DNA of 64,000 bases, taken from contig JAFQQJ010000040.1 of NCBI GenBank assembly GCA_017411325.1, positions 133,659-197,658 on the forward strand, read 5' to 3'. Each line of letters opens with the position of its first letter. The first letter of the stretch is position 1. Of the stretch, positions 32,052 to 41,258 are shown one piece after another. Below the pieces are notes generated by a model, which was not told the origin of the DNA, searched no databases, and saw only the letters and a program-made list of their open reading frames with translations. Origin of the DNA: Clostridia bacterium (GTDB lineage: Bacteria > Bacillota > Clostridia > CAKSNL01 > HGM11501). Both the position numbers and the translations under genes were made by a program.

Positions 32052-32996
32052 ATGGAACAGAAAAAAACTTCAATCGGCGGAAGCGCTCTCATGGAAGGTA
32101 TTATGATGCGCGGGCCTTCCAAAATGGGAATGGCCGTAAGAAAAAGTGACGGAGAAATCGAGCTTAAGGTTTCGGATATCACCATAAATAAAAGCATTTT
32201 CAAGAAAATTCCCATCATCCGCGGTATGGTCTCCTTTGTCGAATCTATGGTAACAAGTATGAAAGCTCTTATGTGGAGCGCTGAATTTATTGACATTGAA
32301 GAAGACAGCGGTGATGAATCAAAATTCGAAAAATGGCTCACAGCCAAATTCGGAGATAAGCTTAAGGATGTTGTTATATATTTCTCCGTTGTTCTGGCAA
32401 TACTGATGAGTGTGGGGCTTTTCTTTCTTGTTCCCATGCTTATAGGAGAAGGCTTTGCCTTTCTCTTAAGACATCTCGACTCCGATGCTTTAGCTTCTGT
32501 CAGAAGCATAGCCGAAAGCGTTTCCCGAATCTTAATCTTTGTGGGATACATTCTTTTATGTACACTTCAGAAGGATGTAAAACGTGTATTTATGTATCAC
32601 GGAGCCGAGCACAAGACCATCGCCTGCTACGAAAAGGGACTCCCCTTAACCGTTGAAAACTGCAGGGAACAGTGCCGGCTTCACCCCAGATGCGGAACCA
32701 GCTTTCTTGTGTTCGTCTTAATCATAAGCATTCTCGTCTTTATGTTTGTAAGAGTCGGCTTCGGATGGCAGAGAATACTTATAAAGCTTTTATGCCTCCC
32801 CTTTATCGCAGGAATTTCATTTGAAATAATCAAATGGGCAGGAAGAAGCGAAAATCCGATTGTAAAAGTTTTAAGCAAGCCCGGTCTCTGGCTTCAGCGG
32901 ATTACCACCAAAGAACCCGATGACGGGATGATTGAAGTTGCAATAGCCGCAATGAGTGCTGTTCTTCCCGAAGAAGGAGAAAATGATAAATGGTAA
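32052..32996 (+). CDS. DUF1385-family membrane protein (commonly precedes prmC)
   Basis: The N-terminus is SIGGSALMEGIMMRGP, with the conserved blocks YHGAEHKTI and HPRCGTSF. Its 3' end overlaps prmC. Confidence 0.75.
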   Translation: MEQKKTSIGGSALMEGIMMRGPSKMGMAVRKSDGEIELKVSDITINKSIFKKIPIIRGMVSFVESMVTSMKALMWSAEFIDIEEDSGDESKFEKWLTAKFGDKLKDVVIYFSVVLAILMSVGLFFLVPMLIGEGFAFLLRHLDSDALASVRSIAESVSRILIFVGYILLCTLQKDVKRVFMYHGAEHKTIACYEKGLPLTVENCREQCRLHPRCGTSFLVFVLIISILVFMFVRVGFGWQRILIKLLCLPFIAGISFEIIKWAGRSENPIVKVLSKPGLWLQRITTKEPDDGMIEVAIAAMSAVLPEEGENDKW

Positions 32997-33811
32997 TTAA
33001 AGAAGCTTTGATGATGGGAACTGCCCTCTTATCCGAGGTAAGCGAAACACCTTCACTTGATTCAAAAATTCTTTTAGAAAAAGCCTGTAACTGTGACAGG
33101 CTTTTTCTTTTAAGAAACAGAGACGAAGAAATCTCCGCCGATTCCCTCGAATTATACAAAACCTATCTTGAGCGCAGAAAATTAAAAGAACCTGTAGCTT
33201 ATATCACAAACGAAAAGGAATTTATGGGTTTGCCCTTTTACGTTGACAAAAATGTTTTAATCCCCCGTCCCGATACTGAAATCCTGGTTGAATATGCAAT
33301 TGATAACTGTCACGGAAATATCCTTGACATCGGAACGGGCAGCGGTGCCATTGCGGTAAGTATTGCAAAATACGGAAAAGACGTATCCGTTTACGCCTGC
33401 GATATAAGTAAAAAAGCCCTTGCTATAGCTGAAAAAAACGCATCATCCAATGATGCGCCGGTAAGTTTTTTCAATATAGATATCCTAAAAGATGACCTGA
33501 ACGGAAAATACGATGCCGTAATTTCAAACCCGCCTTATATCAGAAGCGATGTGGTTTTGACTCTTTCCGAAAACGTGAAGGATTATGAACCGTCTCTTGC
33601 CCTGAACGGCGGAGATGACGGGCTCATTTTCTACCGTACCATAACAGAAAAGGCCTGCAAAGTCTTAAATTCCGGAGGTATACTGGCATACGAAATCGGA
33701 TTTGACCAGGGAAAGGAAGTTTCCGACATTATGCAGCCGCTTTTCAAAGATATAAAAGTTTTGAAGGATTTTTCGGGAAACGACCGCGTGGTTACCGGAA
33801 TAAAAAAATAA
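32990..33811 (+). CDS. prmC: release-factor glutamine N5-methyltransferase
   Basis: It has the SAM motif ILDIGTGSGAIAV and the catalytic NPPY motif (VISNPPYI). Confidence 0.9.
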   Translation: MVIKEALMMGTALLSEVSETPSLDSKILLEKACNCDRLFLLRNRDEEISADSLELYKTYLERRKLKEPVAYITNEKEFMGLPFYVDKNVLIPRPDTEILVEYAIDNCHGNILDIGTGSGAIAVSIAKYGKDVSVYACDISKKALAIAEKNASSNDAPVSFFNIDILKDDLNGKYDAVISNPPYIRSDVVLTLSENVKDYEPSLALNGGDDGLIFYRTITEKACKVLNSGGILAYEIGFDQGKEVSDIMQPLFKDIKVLKDFSGNDRVVTGIKK

Positions 33812-33866
33812 ATTCATATATCTGTTAACATTTGTTGCCGGGCTTTTACGTAACCTGCATTTCACA

Positions 33867-33901
33867 AAATACCCTCTGTCATACGACAGAGGGTATTTTT
33901 T
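33867..33901. terminator. bidirectional intrinsic terminator
   Basis: The sequence aaaataccctctgtc-atac-gacagagggtatttttt lies between convergent genes. Confidence 0.7.
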
Positions 33902-34574
33902 ACTCTTCACAATCATGTTCAACAGGTAAAATTTCTTCAATGCTTTCTCTTACCGCATCAACGGTATATCCGTTTTCTCCGCGCAAACTCCTTGCAATTA
34001 TTATAGCATCAAGAAGATTTACCCTTCCGTCTCCGTTAATGTCTCCCGAAGCTCCGGGATCTGAAAAACCCTTCCAATCCGCCGTAGCCTTCGATATGTA
34101 TTCCATATCATCTTCATCGGTTTTTCCATCCCCGGTAACATCGCCGGGTGCAGCTTCTGCAACTTTTATGAATCCACCTGTCACCGTTACATCTTCACTT
34201 GCAGCCGTTATGAGGTAGCTTCCTGCTTTCGCGGCGTCAGTTATCATAAAGGTGATAACCGCAAGTGTACCGTTTCCGCTTCCGCCACCGGTCCAGCAAA
34301 GTCTGAAGCCTTCCGCCTCTTCACTGTAGCCGTGATATGCGCCTTCAAGAAGCTCCGCATCCTTAACCTCATACATTAAAAGTGCAGAATCATCATAGGA
34401 TAAATCAAGAGAAAGCGAATCAATGCCCGTATTTCCGGAAAGAGAAATTCTCAAATCCACAAGATTTCCTTTTTGTCCGCTCATACCAATTATATTTACC
34501 TTGCTTTCCCCTGCTGATACTGTCATTCCGAAAGCAAGAATCAAAGCTGCCGTGATGCATAAAAGTTTTTTCAT
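33900..34574 (-). CDS. secreted cohesin-domain plus dockerin-domain protein
   Basis: ORF 33900..34616. The ATG at 34574 (MKKLLCITAALILAFG) follows GAGGGGAAG. The cohesin-like block is LVDLRISLSGNTGIDSLSLDLSYDDSAL. The dockerin Ca-binding repeats are GDVTGDGKTDEDD and GDINGDGRVNLLDAIIIARSL. Confidence 0.7.
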   Translation of the reverse strand: MKKLLCITAALILAFGMTVSAGESKVNIIGMSGQKGNLVDLRISLSGNTGIDSLSLDLSYDDSALLMYEVKDAELLEGAYHGYSEEAEGFRLCWTGGGSGNGTLAVITFMITDAAKAGSYLITAASEDVTVTGGFIKVAEAAPGDVTGDGKTDEDDMEYISKATADWKGFSDPGASGDINGDGRVNLLDAIIIARSLRGENGYTVDAVRESIEEILPVEHDCEE

Positions 34575-34641
34575 ATTAATCTTCCCCTCATGCATTATTC
34601 CGAAAACGGGCTGCAATTGCTTCAGCCCGTTTTCATGTGCA

Positions 34642-37600
34642 TCATTTTACGGTAATTGTTACTTTCTGTGTTTCTTCTTCCCACGCAACAGTTGCGCCAA
34701 GCGCTTCTGCAACAAATCTTATAGGAGTATAGGTTCTGTCATTTTCAATGAATGCGGGGGAATCGAGTGTTACTTCCTCGCCCTTTACGGTAGCCTTATC
34801 CGAATCTATGGCAAGAACTATTACAAGTTCATCCTTTGTTATTGTAACCCTTCTTGCCTCTTCGTCCCATGTTACAGTTGCACCAAGTGCCTCTGCAACA
34901 AACCTTGCAGGAAGCATTGTTCTGTCGTTTCTGATTACGGGAGCAACATCGTTTGCCTTATTTTCTCCGAATACGGAAGCATTCACATCACCTATGGTAA
35001 GAACAATTTCCCTCTTGGCCTTTTCTGTCCAGCGTGCGTAGAGAGTAATGTTTCCCTTCACCTTGGATTCAGCAGTAACTTCTGTTGTAAATTCCTTATC
35101 AAGGAACCATCCGTCGAAGACATAGCCTTCCCTGGTGGGTGCGCTTATCTCACCCAATGCATCTCCGTATGCAATCTTAGCCGATGTAACTTCGCTTCCG
35201 CCTGCGGTATCAAACTTAACCGTGCAGTAGCTTGTTCCGCCACCACCGCCGCCACCGCCGCCGGAGCTCTTCTTTGTAAACTTGGCAGTAAGATTCTTAT
35301 CTTCGGTAAGCTCTATTGTTATAACCGAATCTCCCGACAGCTTCACGCCGTCAAGGTACCAGCCTGAGAACTTGTAGTTTTTGGGTGCAACTGCCTTAAG
35401 TGTAACCTCTGCGCCTAAAAGATATGTGCCGTCGCCTTCGATTTCACCCTTGTCTGCTGTAACGGCAACTGTCGCAATATTATTCTTCGCAACCGTTGCT
35501 TCGATAGCCTCTGTTGCAAAGCTGTAATTTGCCGCTTTTTCGCCTGTAAGCACGAAATTCTTAGCAACTACAACAGATGTGGATTCATCAATATCCTCGA
35601 CCATTTCAAGCTGAAGCTTATTGAAGTCTAACGCAACTTCATCGGAATCAACAACACCGGCAATCACAGCTGTCTTTTCTGTAAGATTTACCGATTCAAC
35701 CGAAAGCTCTTTTTTATTGACAATAACCTTCTGCGAGGCAATGCTTGCTGCATACTCATCGTTTCCGGGTTCTGTTACTTTGATTGTTGCTTCACCTGCC
35801 GCCTTTATTGTGATAACACCGTCTGTAATTGTGAGTACATCTTCGTTATCGGATTCGTAGGTGTATGCTTCAAGGTTTGCAGTTTCATCCTTTGTTACAG
35901 TAACTGCATAAGGAGCATCTCCGTAGGTAAGTGCAGGAATTTCCGCAAGAGTAATTGTCTGCACTGTCTTTTCGGTTATTTCAAAAGTGGCAGAAACAAA
36001 TGTAACATCATAATTCATGCCGTTTGTTATATCAAGCGTTCCTATATAAACAGGATATGTACCGATTGCTTCGCCCTCTTTTCTCGCAAGAGCACCGGTA
36101 ATTTCATCCCCTGTTGCAAGAGTTCCCTCATAGGTGTATGCAATTACGGGATCGTCGCTTCCCACCTTCTTTGTCTGACCGGGAGTTACGATAATCTTTA
36201 TTTCCTTCTTATTAACCTTAAGTGTCTGAGTAAGACTGAAATCTGCATAATCTTCATTTCCTGCTTTGGTTACGGAAATTTCAGTTTTGCCTGCATTCTT
36301 TATTGTGATATTGCCTTCCGCATCAATTGTTGCAACATCCTCATTGCTTGATGCAAAAACAATTTCAGACTCTGTAACCTTACTTCCCTCTTCTACATTT
36401 AACTTAAAGCCTTCGTCTCCGTAGGTCACTTCATCAAAGTCTTCAACCGTAATTTCCTGCGCAGGCTTTTCAAGAACAGTAATCTTACCGGAAACAAAAG
36501 TCATGGTATAGTTTGCACTCACCTTAAGTGTGCCCTTCGATATGCTGAATTCAGCTTCTTCAGAGGTTGTTGCACTTGTTGAAAGAGCACCTGTGATTTC
36601 GTCATCTCCGAAAAGTTCACCATCGGTAATAGTATATGTGAGAGCAGGCACTTCATCGCCAACTGTAAGTTCAAAGCTGTCTGCTGTAATTTCAATGGGT
36701 GCCTTTGTTATTTTAGCCTTCAAGCCTGTGGGCTGCTTTAATGTGTAGTTTCCTGCATCCTCACCTGTAAGGGTGATTTCATCAAGGCTGACAGCTATCG
36801 CTGTGCTCTTCACATTCACCTGGGCAAATGTTCCCTTTTCGGGATATACTGCTTCAACATCGTCATCCCCGATAACGCCTGAAAGTGTTCCTTCAACAAT
36901 CTCGGCATCCGCTGTCTTATCATAAGTCTTATCCATAACGGACATACCCTTTATTTCAAGCATTACGGGCTTTATTACGAGATCAGCTGAAAGATTAAGG
37001 GTATTGTAGCCCTTCTTTGTAACAATCGCCTTTGCTTTATATGTTCCCGCATCTGTTCCCTTATTGTCTTCGTAGTTTACCTCTGCGCCTTCGGGAAGAG
37101 TCCCTGTAACAAGGATTTCCTTTTCGCTGCCGTCATAGGTGTAGGTAGCTCCCTTTAAGGTTATGCCTGTCATTTCAAGCGCATTTACCTTAACATATCC
37201 GTCCGTCACTGCGAAAGGCACATTATCTTCTGCATGGTTAAGTACTTCAACCGCATCGATAGTTATATCATATGTCCCCGGCATGCAGTCTCCATTTATG
37301 TCAAAATTAAGTGTTACGAGCGTTCCGCTTGCCGTCTTATCACCTGCACCGGTGTACACAGTGAACATAAAGGGCTCCGCTTCAAGATTCCACTCAAACT
37401 CTCCTGTGAAAATTTCACCAAGAGCAGCTGTATTTAATGTAAGTGCCTCATCATCATAATTTACGTTAAATCCTATTATTGAAATTCCGGGGTTGTTGGG
37501 AATTGTTATTTCAACTGTAGCTTCGGTTGCACCATAGTCAACTTCTGCATTGCTTACAATAATATTCATCTCTCCCTCTGCCCCTACTGTGCAGATAAGA

Positions 37601-37668
37601 GAAAAGCACATTGCAATTGTGAGTAAAATACTTAATATTTTTTTCATTTCAATATTCCTTTCTTTCAT
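34642..37668 (-). CDS. large multi-domain cell-surface protein (cohesin-like N-terminus, MBG/Ig-like repeats, Listeria-Bacteroides-type repeats, poly-Gly linker, two copper-amine-oxidase-N-like stalk domains)
   Basis: 1008 aa. The start is probably the ATG at 37647 (MKKILSILLTIAMCF). The cohesin-like block is EITIPNNPGISIIGFNVNYDDEALTL. It has repeated ...YDG.EK... MBG-like modules and Big_2-like blocks (SNEDVATIDAEGNITIKNAGKTEISV). Other parts are GYVFDGWFLDKEF, SSGGGGGGGGTS and two copies of DRTMLPARFVAEALGATVTWDEE. Confidence 0.7.
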   Translation of the reverse strand: MKERNIEMKKILSILLTIAMCFSLICTVGAEGEMNIIVSNAEVDYGATEATVEITIPNNPGISIIGFNVNYDDEALTLNTAALGEIFTGEFEWNLEAEPFMFTVYTGAGDKTASGTLVTLNFDINGDCMPGTYDITIDAVEVLNHAEDNVPFAVTDGYVKVNALEMTGITLKGATYTYDGSEKEILVTGTLPEGAEVNYEDNKGTDAGTYKAKAIVTKKGYNTLNLSADLVIKPVMLEIKGMSVMDKTYDKTADAEIVEGTLSGVIGDDDVEAVYPEKGTFAQVNVKSTAIAVSLDEITLTGEDAGNYTLKQPTGLKAKITKAPIEITADSFELTVGDEVPALTYTITDGELFGDDEITGALSTSATTSEEAEFSISKGTLKVSANYTMTFVSGKITVLEKPAQEITVEDFDEVTYGDEGFKLNVEEGSKVTESEIVFASSNEDVATIDAEGNITIKNAGKTEISVTKAGNEDYADFSLTQTLKVNKKEIKIIVTPGQTKKVGSDDPVIAYTYEGTLATGDEITGALARKEGEAIGTYPVYIGTLDITNGMNYDVTFVSATFEITEKTVQTITLAEIPALTYGDAPYAVTVTKDETANLEAYTYESDNEDVLTITDGVITIKAAGEATIKVTEPGNDEYAASIASQKVIVNKKELSVESVNLTEKTAVIAGVVDSDEVALDFNKLQLEMVEDIDESTSVVVAKNFVLTGEKAANYSFATEAIEATVAKNNIATVAVTADKGEIEGDGTYLLGAEVTLKAVAPKNYKFSGWYLDGVKLSGDSVITIELTEDKNLTAKFTKKSSGGGGGGGGGTSYCTVKFDTAGGSEVTSAKIAYGDALGEISAPTREGYVFDGWFLDKEFTTEVTAESKVKGNITLYARWTEKAKREIVLTIGDVNASVFGENKANDVAPVIRNDRTMLPARFVAEALGATVTWDEEARRVTITKDELVIVLAIDSDKATVKGEEVTLDSPAFIENDRTYTPIRFVAEALGATVAWEEETQKVTITVK

Positions 37669-38342
37669 GCTCCAAGTTCTACGTCAAAACCTGAGAAATA
37701 CTTTGCAAGTCGTAAAAGATCAGCTCTTGTAACTTCGCCGTCACCATTTACATCAGATGCCGCCTCATCAATCTCATCCGCGAATCCGGAAAAATGCTTC
37801 GCAAGACGTAAAAGATCGCCTCTTGTAACTTCGCCGTCACCATTTACATCCCCGGGGATATAAGGCGGTGCCTCAACCACCGTAATCGTTCCCGCCGTTT
37901 CGGTATATGTAACAGAATTGAGATCTGTATCGTAGGCTTCCTTTACATCGATCACAACATCATAGTCTCTAAGTTCGGCATCTTCGGCGATTTGAAAGCT
38001 TAATGTTACAACTATTCCGTTAAAGCTGTAGTTTTCTTCAGCCAGAGGATTGAACCACGAAAGATAATATTCATCAGCAGAAAGATTATCGCTGTGTTTA
38101 TTTTCTCCCATCTTTCCGGCATCTTCCACCCTCGTAAGTGTAAGAGCCTCAGTATCATATTTCACGGTCATAACCGATGCAATACTTCCCGGGTTTTCGG
38201 ATACAACCACATCCAGTTTTACGGTTTTCCCGCCATAGCCTTCCGCATCCGTTACGGAAACTGCCCCGCCGACAGCAGAAGCGCCCACCGTAAGAGCAAA
38301 TATGATAATTGCCGTCATTAAAAGAACTGCAATTTTTTTCAT
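37665..38342 (-). CDS. secreted cohesin-domain plus dockerin-domain protein
   Basis: It has a signal peptide and the cohesin-like block VKLDVVVSENPGSIASVMTVKYDTEALTL. The two dockerin repeats are GDVNGDGEVTRGDLLRLAKHFSG and SDVNGDGEVTRADLLRLAKYFSG. Confidence 0.75.
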   Translation of the reverse strand: MKKIAVLLMTAIIIFALTVGASAVGGAVSVTDAEGYGGKTVKLDVVVSENPGSIASVMTVKYDTEALTLTRVEDAGKMGENKHSDNLSADEYYLSWFNPLAEENYSFNGIVVTLSFQIAEDAELRDYDVVIDVKEAYDTDLNSVTYTETAGTITVVEAPPYIPGDVNGDGEVTRGDLLRLAKHFSGFADEIDEAASDVNGDGEVTRADLLRLAKYFSGFDVELGA

Positions 38343-38457
38343 AGCACTTCATCCTCCTTGTATATAAAATTAAAATCTACCCATAATATACTTAATTATA
38401 ACACAAGCAAAAAAAACTGTCAACCTGAAAACCCAAATTCCAAAATCTTTTAAAATA

Positions 38458-38490
38458 AAAACAACCGCCCGAAGACGGTTGTTTTGTAAG
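38458..38490 (-). terminator. intrinsic terminator of the NhaC-family gene
   Basis: On the minus strand, aaaacaaccg-tcttcggg-cggttgtttt is followed by tatttt. Confidence 0.6.
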
Positions 38491-38496
38491 CTTCAA

Positions 38497-40332
38497 TTAC
38501 GCTTTTTTCTTTGTAACAGCCTTTATTACAAAAAGTGTTCCGATCATAAGAACGATACCTATGGGAAGTGCGATGTATGCGCTCTTTACAAGACCTGCTA
38601 TTATGTAGCATACGAAAGACACTGCAGCAACAGTTAAAGCATAAGGAAGCTGAGTTGTAACGTGGTTTATGTGGTTTGACTGGCTTCCTGCCGATGCCAT
38701 AATCGTCGTATCTGAAATGGGAGAGCAGTGGTCACCGCAAACAGCACCTGCCATACAAGCAGAGATAGCGATGATTTCAAGGTATGCATATTCAGCACCA
38801 ACTCCGCTGAAGATAGCGAGAACGATGGGAATAAGGATACCGAATGTTCCCCAGGAAGTACCTGTAGAGAAGGAAAGACCAACTGCGATTAAGAATACGA
38901 TTGCGGGAAGAAGAATTACTACTGCACCTGCATAGTTTCTTACGAATTCAGCAATGAATACCTTTGCACCGAGAGAATCGGTCATTGTCTTAAGCGTCCA
39001 GGCACAGGCAAGAATCATAATAGCGGGAACCATTGCCTTGAAGCCCTCGGGAAGAGATTCCATACACTGCTTGAAGTTAAGAACTCTTCTTAACAGGAAG
39101 TAGATAACGCTGAAGATAAGTCCGCCGAAGGAACCGTATACAAGACCAACGGAAGCATCTGCATTGGAGAACGCAACCACGAAATTGCGGAAGCCTTCAG
39201 CATCTGCTGTAAAGAAGCCACCGGAATAGATAAGTCCGAATATGCAGCCTACGATAAGTACAAGTACGGGAGCAACAAGATCCCATACGCTGCCCTTCTT
39301 ATTTTCGTCAGCATCTTCAAGAGCCTTGAACATTTCAGCATCTGCAGAAGAGAAAAGGTCACCGTTTTCAGCAGCTTCTTCGTGCTTCTTCATGGGGCCG
39401 AAGTCAAACTTCATAAGCGCAATTGTAATCATCATAATGATGGTAAGGATTGCATAGAAGTTCCAGGGAATAGCCTTTATAAAGAGTGCAAATCCTTCTC
39501 CTTCGGGAGCAAAGCCTGCAACTGCAGCTGCCCAGGAGGATACGGGTGCAATGATACATACGGGAGCCGCCGTAGCGTCGATTACATAAGCAAGCTTAGC
39601 TCTTGAAAGCTTGAACTTGTCGGATACGGGACGCATAACGGAACCTACTGTAAGACAGTTAAAGTAGTCGTCAACAAAGATAAGTACGCCGAGTGCAATT
39701 GTTGCAAGCTGCGCGCCAACCTTGGACTTGATGTGAGTGGATGCCCATCTTCCGAATGCAGCGCTTCCGCCGGACTTATTCATAAGAGATACTATAGCAC
39801 CGAGCACGATAAGGAAAATTATAATACCGATGTTATAGGAGTCTGCCACGGATGAAATGAATCCGTCCTGGAAAAGATGGTCAAGTGTTCCTGTGAAATT
39901 GAAGTTTGCATAAAGGAGCGCACCCGATGCAATACCGATGAAAAGAGAAGAATAAACTTCCTTTGTGATGAGTGCAAGTGCAATTGCGATGATGGGAGGA
40001 AGAAGAGAAAGCCATGTTGCATAAACAGGAATTTCTTCTTTAGCCACAGCAAGTGCCTTGCCAAGGTTTTCATCGAAGTTTTCGTCGCTTGTTACATTGT
40101 CGGAATATCCGTCAATATAACCCCACGCGTCGAAAGCCTCTTCTTCGGCAGCTTCTTCTGCTACCTCTACGACAGCTTCTTCTGCCGGAATTTCGGCTTC
40201 TGCAATTATTTCTGCATCTTCGCCGATCAATGCTTCTTCAGGTTCTGCCATAACTGTCATAAACATAGATGCCATAACAGTAAATATGAGCATAAGGCTG
40301 AAGAAAATCTTGAGATTTTTTGCCTTTTTCAT
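38497..40332 (-). CDS. NhaC-family (Na+/H+ antiporter superfamily) transporter, candidate lysine transporter, with an acidic N-terminal extension
   Basis: ORF 38497..40377. The ATG at 40332 (MKKAKNLKIFFSL) follows GGAGG. The polytopic core begins at LSLLPPIIAIALALITKEV. Residues 30-100 or so are E/A/D-rich. The gene is preceded by a lysine riboswitch. Confidence 0.75.
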   Translation of the reverse strand: MKKAKNLKIFFSLMLIFTVMASMFMTVMAEPEEALIGEDAEIIAEAEIPAEEAVVEVAEEAAEEEAFDAWGYIDGYSDNVTSDENFDENLGKALAVAKEEIPVYATWLSLLPPIIAIALALITKEVYSSLFIGIASGALLYANFNFTGTLDHLFQDGFISSVADSYNIGIIIFLIVLGAIVSLMNKSGGSAAFGRWASTHIKSKVGAQLATIALGVLIFVDDYFNCLTVGSVMRPVSDKFKLSRAKLAYVIDATAAPVCIIAPVSSWAAAVAGFAPEGEGFALFIKAIPWNFYAILTIIMMITIALMKFDFGPMKKHEEAAENGDLFSSADAEMFKALEDADENKKGSVWDLVAPVLVLIVGCIFGLIYSGGFFTADAEGFRNFVVAFSNADASVGLVYGSFGGLIFSVIYFLLRRVLNFKQCMESLPEGFKAMVPAIMILACAWTLKTMTDSLGAKVFIAEFVRNYAGAVVILLPAIVFLIAVGLSFSTGTSWGTFGILIPIVLAIFSGVGAEYAYLEIIAISACMAGAVCGDHCSPISDTTIMASAGSQSNHINHVTTQLPYALTVAAVSFVCYIIAGLVKSAYIALPIGIVLMIGTLFVIKAVTKKKA

Positions 40333-40379
40333 TTTACATACCTCCGTATTTTTAAAATAAATAAGCGGAAGAAGCATAG

Positions 40380-40566
40380 TTCATCCGCAGTAAAATTAAG
40401 TCATTCCCCGATAGCACTCCGCAGATGCGACAGTTCAATACATATTCTGCATTGACCCAGCAGAAAAAACGTGGCTATTTTCTCCGCTTCGGCAAAAGCC
40501 CCTTTCTTTCCCTCTTCTGCCCGAAGTTTTTACCGGAAATACTTATAGCTTTTGCGCCTCTATCTC
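40380..40566 (-). promoter_or_regulatory. lysine riboswitch (L-box) with expression platform
   Basis: The minus-strand read is AGATAGAGGCGCAAAAGCTATAAGTATTTCCGG...GGGAAAGAAAGGGGCTTTTGCCGAAGCGGAG...CTGCTGGGTCAATGCAGAATATGTATTGAACTGTCGCATCT. It contains the conserved L-box blocks GAGGCGC, AGTA, GAAAGG, GCCGAAG, CTGG, TTGAA and CTGTC. AGAT/ATCT can close P1. Confidence 0.8.
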
Positions 40567-40657
40567 TTATTTTTTTATAATTTTACCATAAACGCCATAT
40601 TTCGTCAAGTCTTTTCATCAAACTTTTTGCTTTCATATATTAAATTAACCTTTTTTC

Positions 40658-40686
40658 TTGCAATAAGCGATATATAATGCTATACT
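40658..40686 (+). promoter_or_regulatory. sigma-A-type promoter
   Basis: TTGCAA, a 17-nt spacer, then TATACT, upstream of the ATG at 40729. Confidence 0.45.
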
Positions 40687-40728
40687 GTAATTAAGGTGCA
40701 TATCTGCAAAGAAAGGATTGATTTAAAG

Positions 40729-41253
40729 ATGAAAAGAAGCTTCTTAAAAACAATGATAAAAACAGCTGTAATTACAGCCGGTCTGCTTCTTCTGATTGCC
40801 GGATCAGTAAATCCCGCCGTTTTCTTTTTAGGTCATGAGACCACCGCTTCCGTAGACTATATCTTAACCGAAGAGTCTGACGGCAACTACAGCACTAATG
40901 TTGATTATCATTATTACACATCTTCGGGAAAAGAATTTTCAGGAAACGCAACCTTAGCGGGAAAGCAGGATGAAGGCTTTCCATCAAAGCTTCACCCTGT
41001 GAAATACCTCCCCCTTATTCCCTCCTGCTCGGTTTTTCTCACAGGCTACACCCTTCCTTTCCGCAGCATTTTATTCATCGCATCCGGGCTGTTTTTTGTC
41101 ATAACAGGAATTTTTATAAAAACATATAAAAAAGAAAAGGCCACACCTGTTCAGGGTGAAATCGAATTTATCTGTCCCGCCTGCGAATGTGAAATTGACA
41201 AAGACAGTATTTTCTGCAACTATTGCGGTCAAAAAATAATAACGAAAGGTTGA
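40729..41253 (+). CDS. membrane protein with a C-terminal zinc-ribbon
   Basis: ORF 40696..41253. The ATG at 40729 begins MKRSFLKTMIKTAV. It has two TM segments flanking a beta-rich region and the C-terminal motif CPAC-x12-CNYC. Confidence 0.6.
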   Translation: MKRSFLKTMIKTAVITAGLLLLIAGSVNPAVFFLGHETTASVDYILTEESDGNYSTNVDYHYYTSSGKEFSGNATLAGKQDEGFPSKLHPVKYLPLIPSCSVFLTGYTLPFRSILFIASGLFFVITGIFIKTYKKEKATPVQGEIEFICPACECEIDKDSIFCNYCGQKIITKG

Positions 41254-41258
41254 TTTTT

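Noticed and set aside
31976-32551. 191-aa minus-strand ORF.
   Set aside because: It is antisense to the well-supported DUF1385 gene (32052..32996). It has a low-complexity Ser/Leu-rich translation and no RBS.
35240-35270. A GC-rich run (gccaccaccgccgccaccgccgccgga) that stands out from the local composition.
   Set aside because: It simply encodes the in-frame SSGGGGGGGGTS linker of the 1008-aa surface protein. It is not a separate repeat element.
34423-35367. 314-aa plus-strand ORF.
   Set aside because: It is antisense to the 1008-aa surface-protein gene and to the cohesin/dockerin gene. The translation is Cys/Phe-rich nonsense, typical of the reverse frame of a Gly/Thr/Glu-rich gene.
39877-40455. 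192-aa plus-strand ORF. Similar antisense ORFs occur at 43427..43996, 48795..49154, 50939..51487 and 52032..52370.
   Set aside because: Each is embedded antisense or out of frame within a strongly supported gene (NhaC-family transporter, topB, GH127, the VanW-like gene, the topoisomerase B subunit). None has an RBS or a motif.
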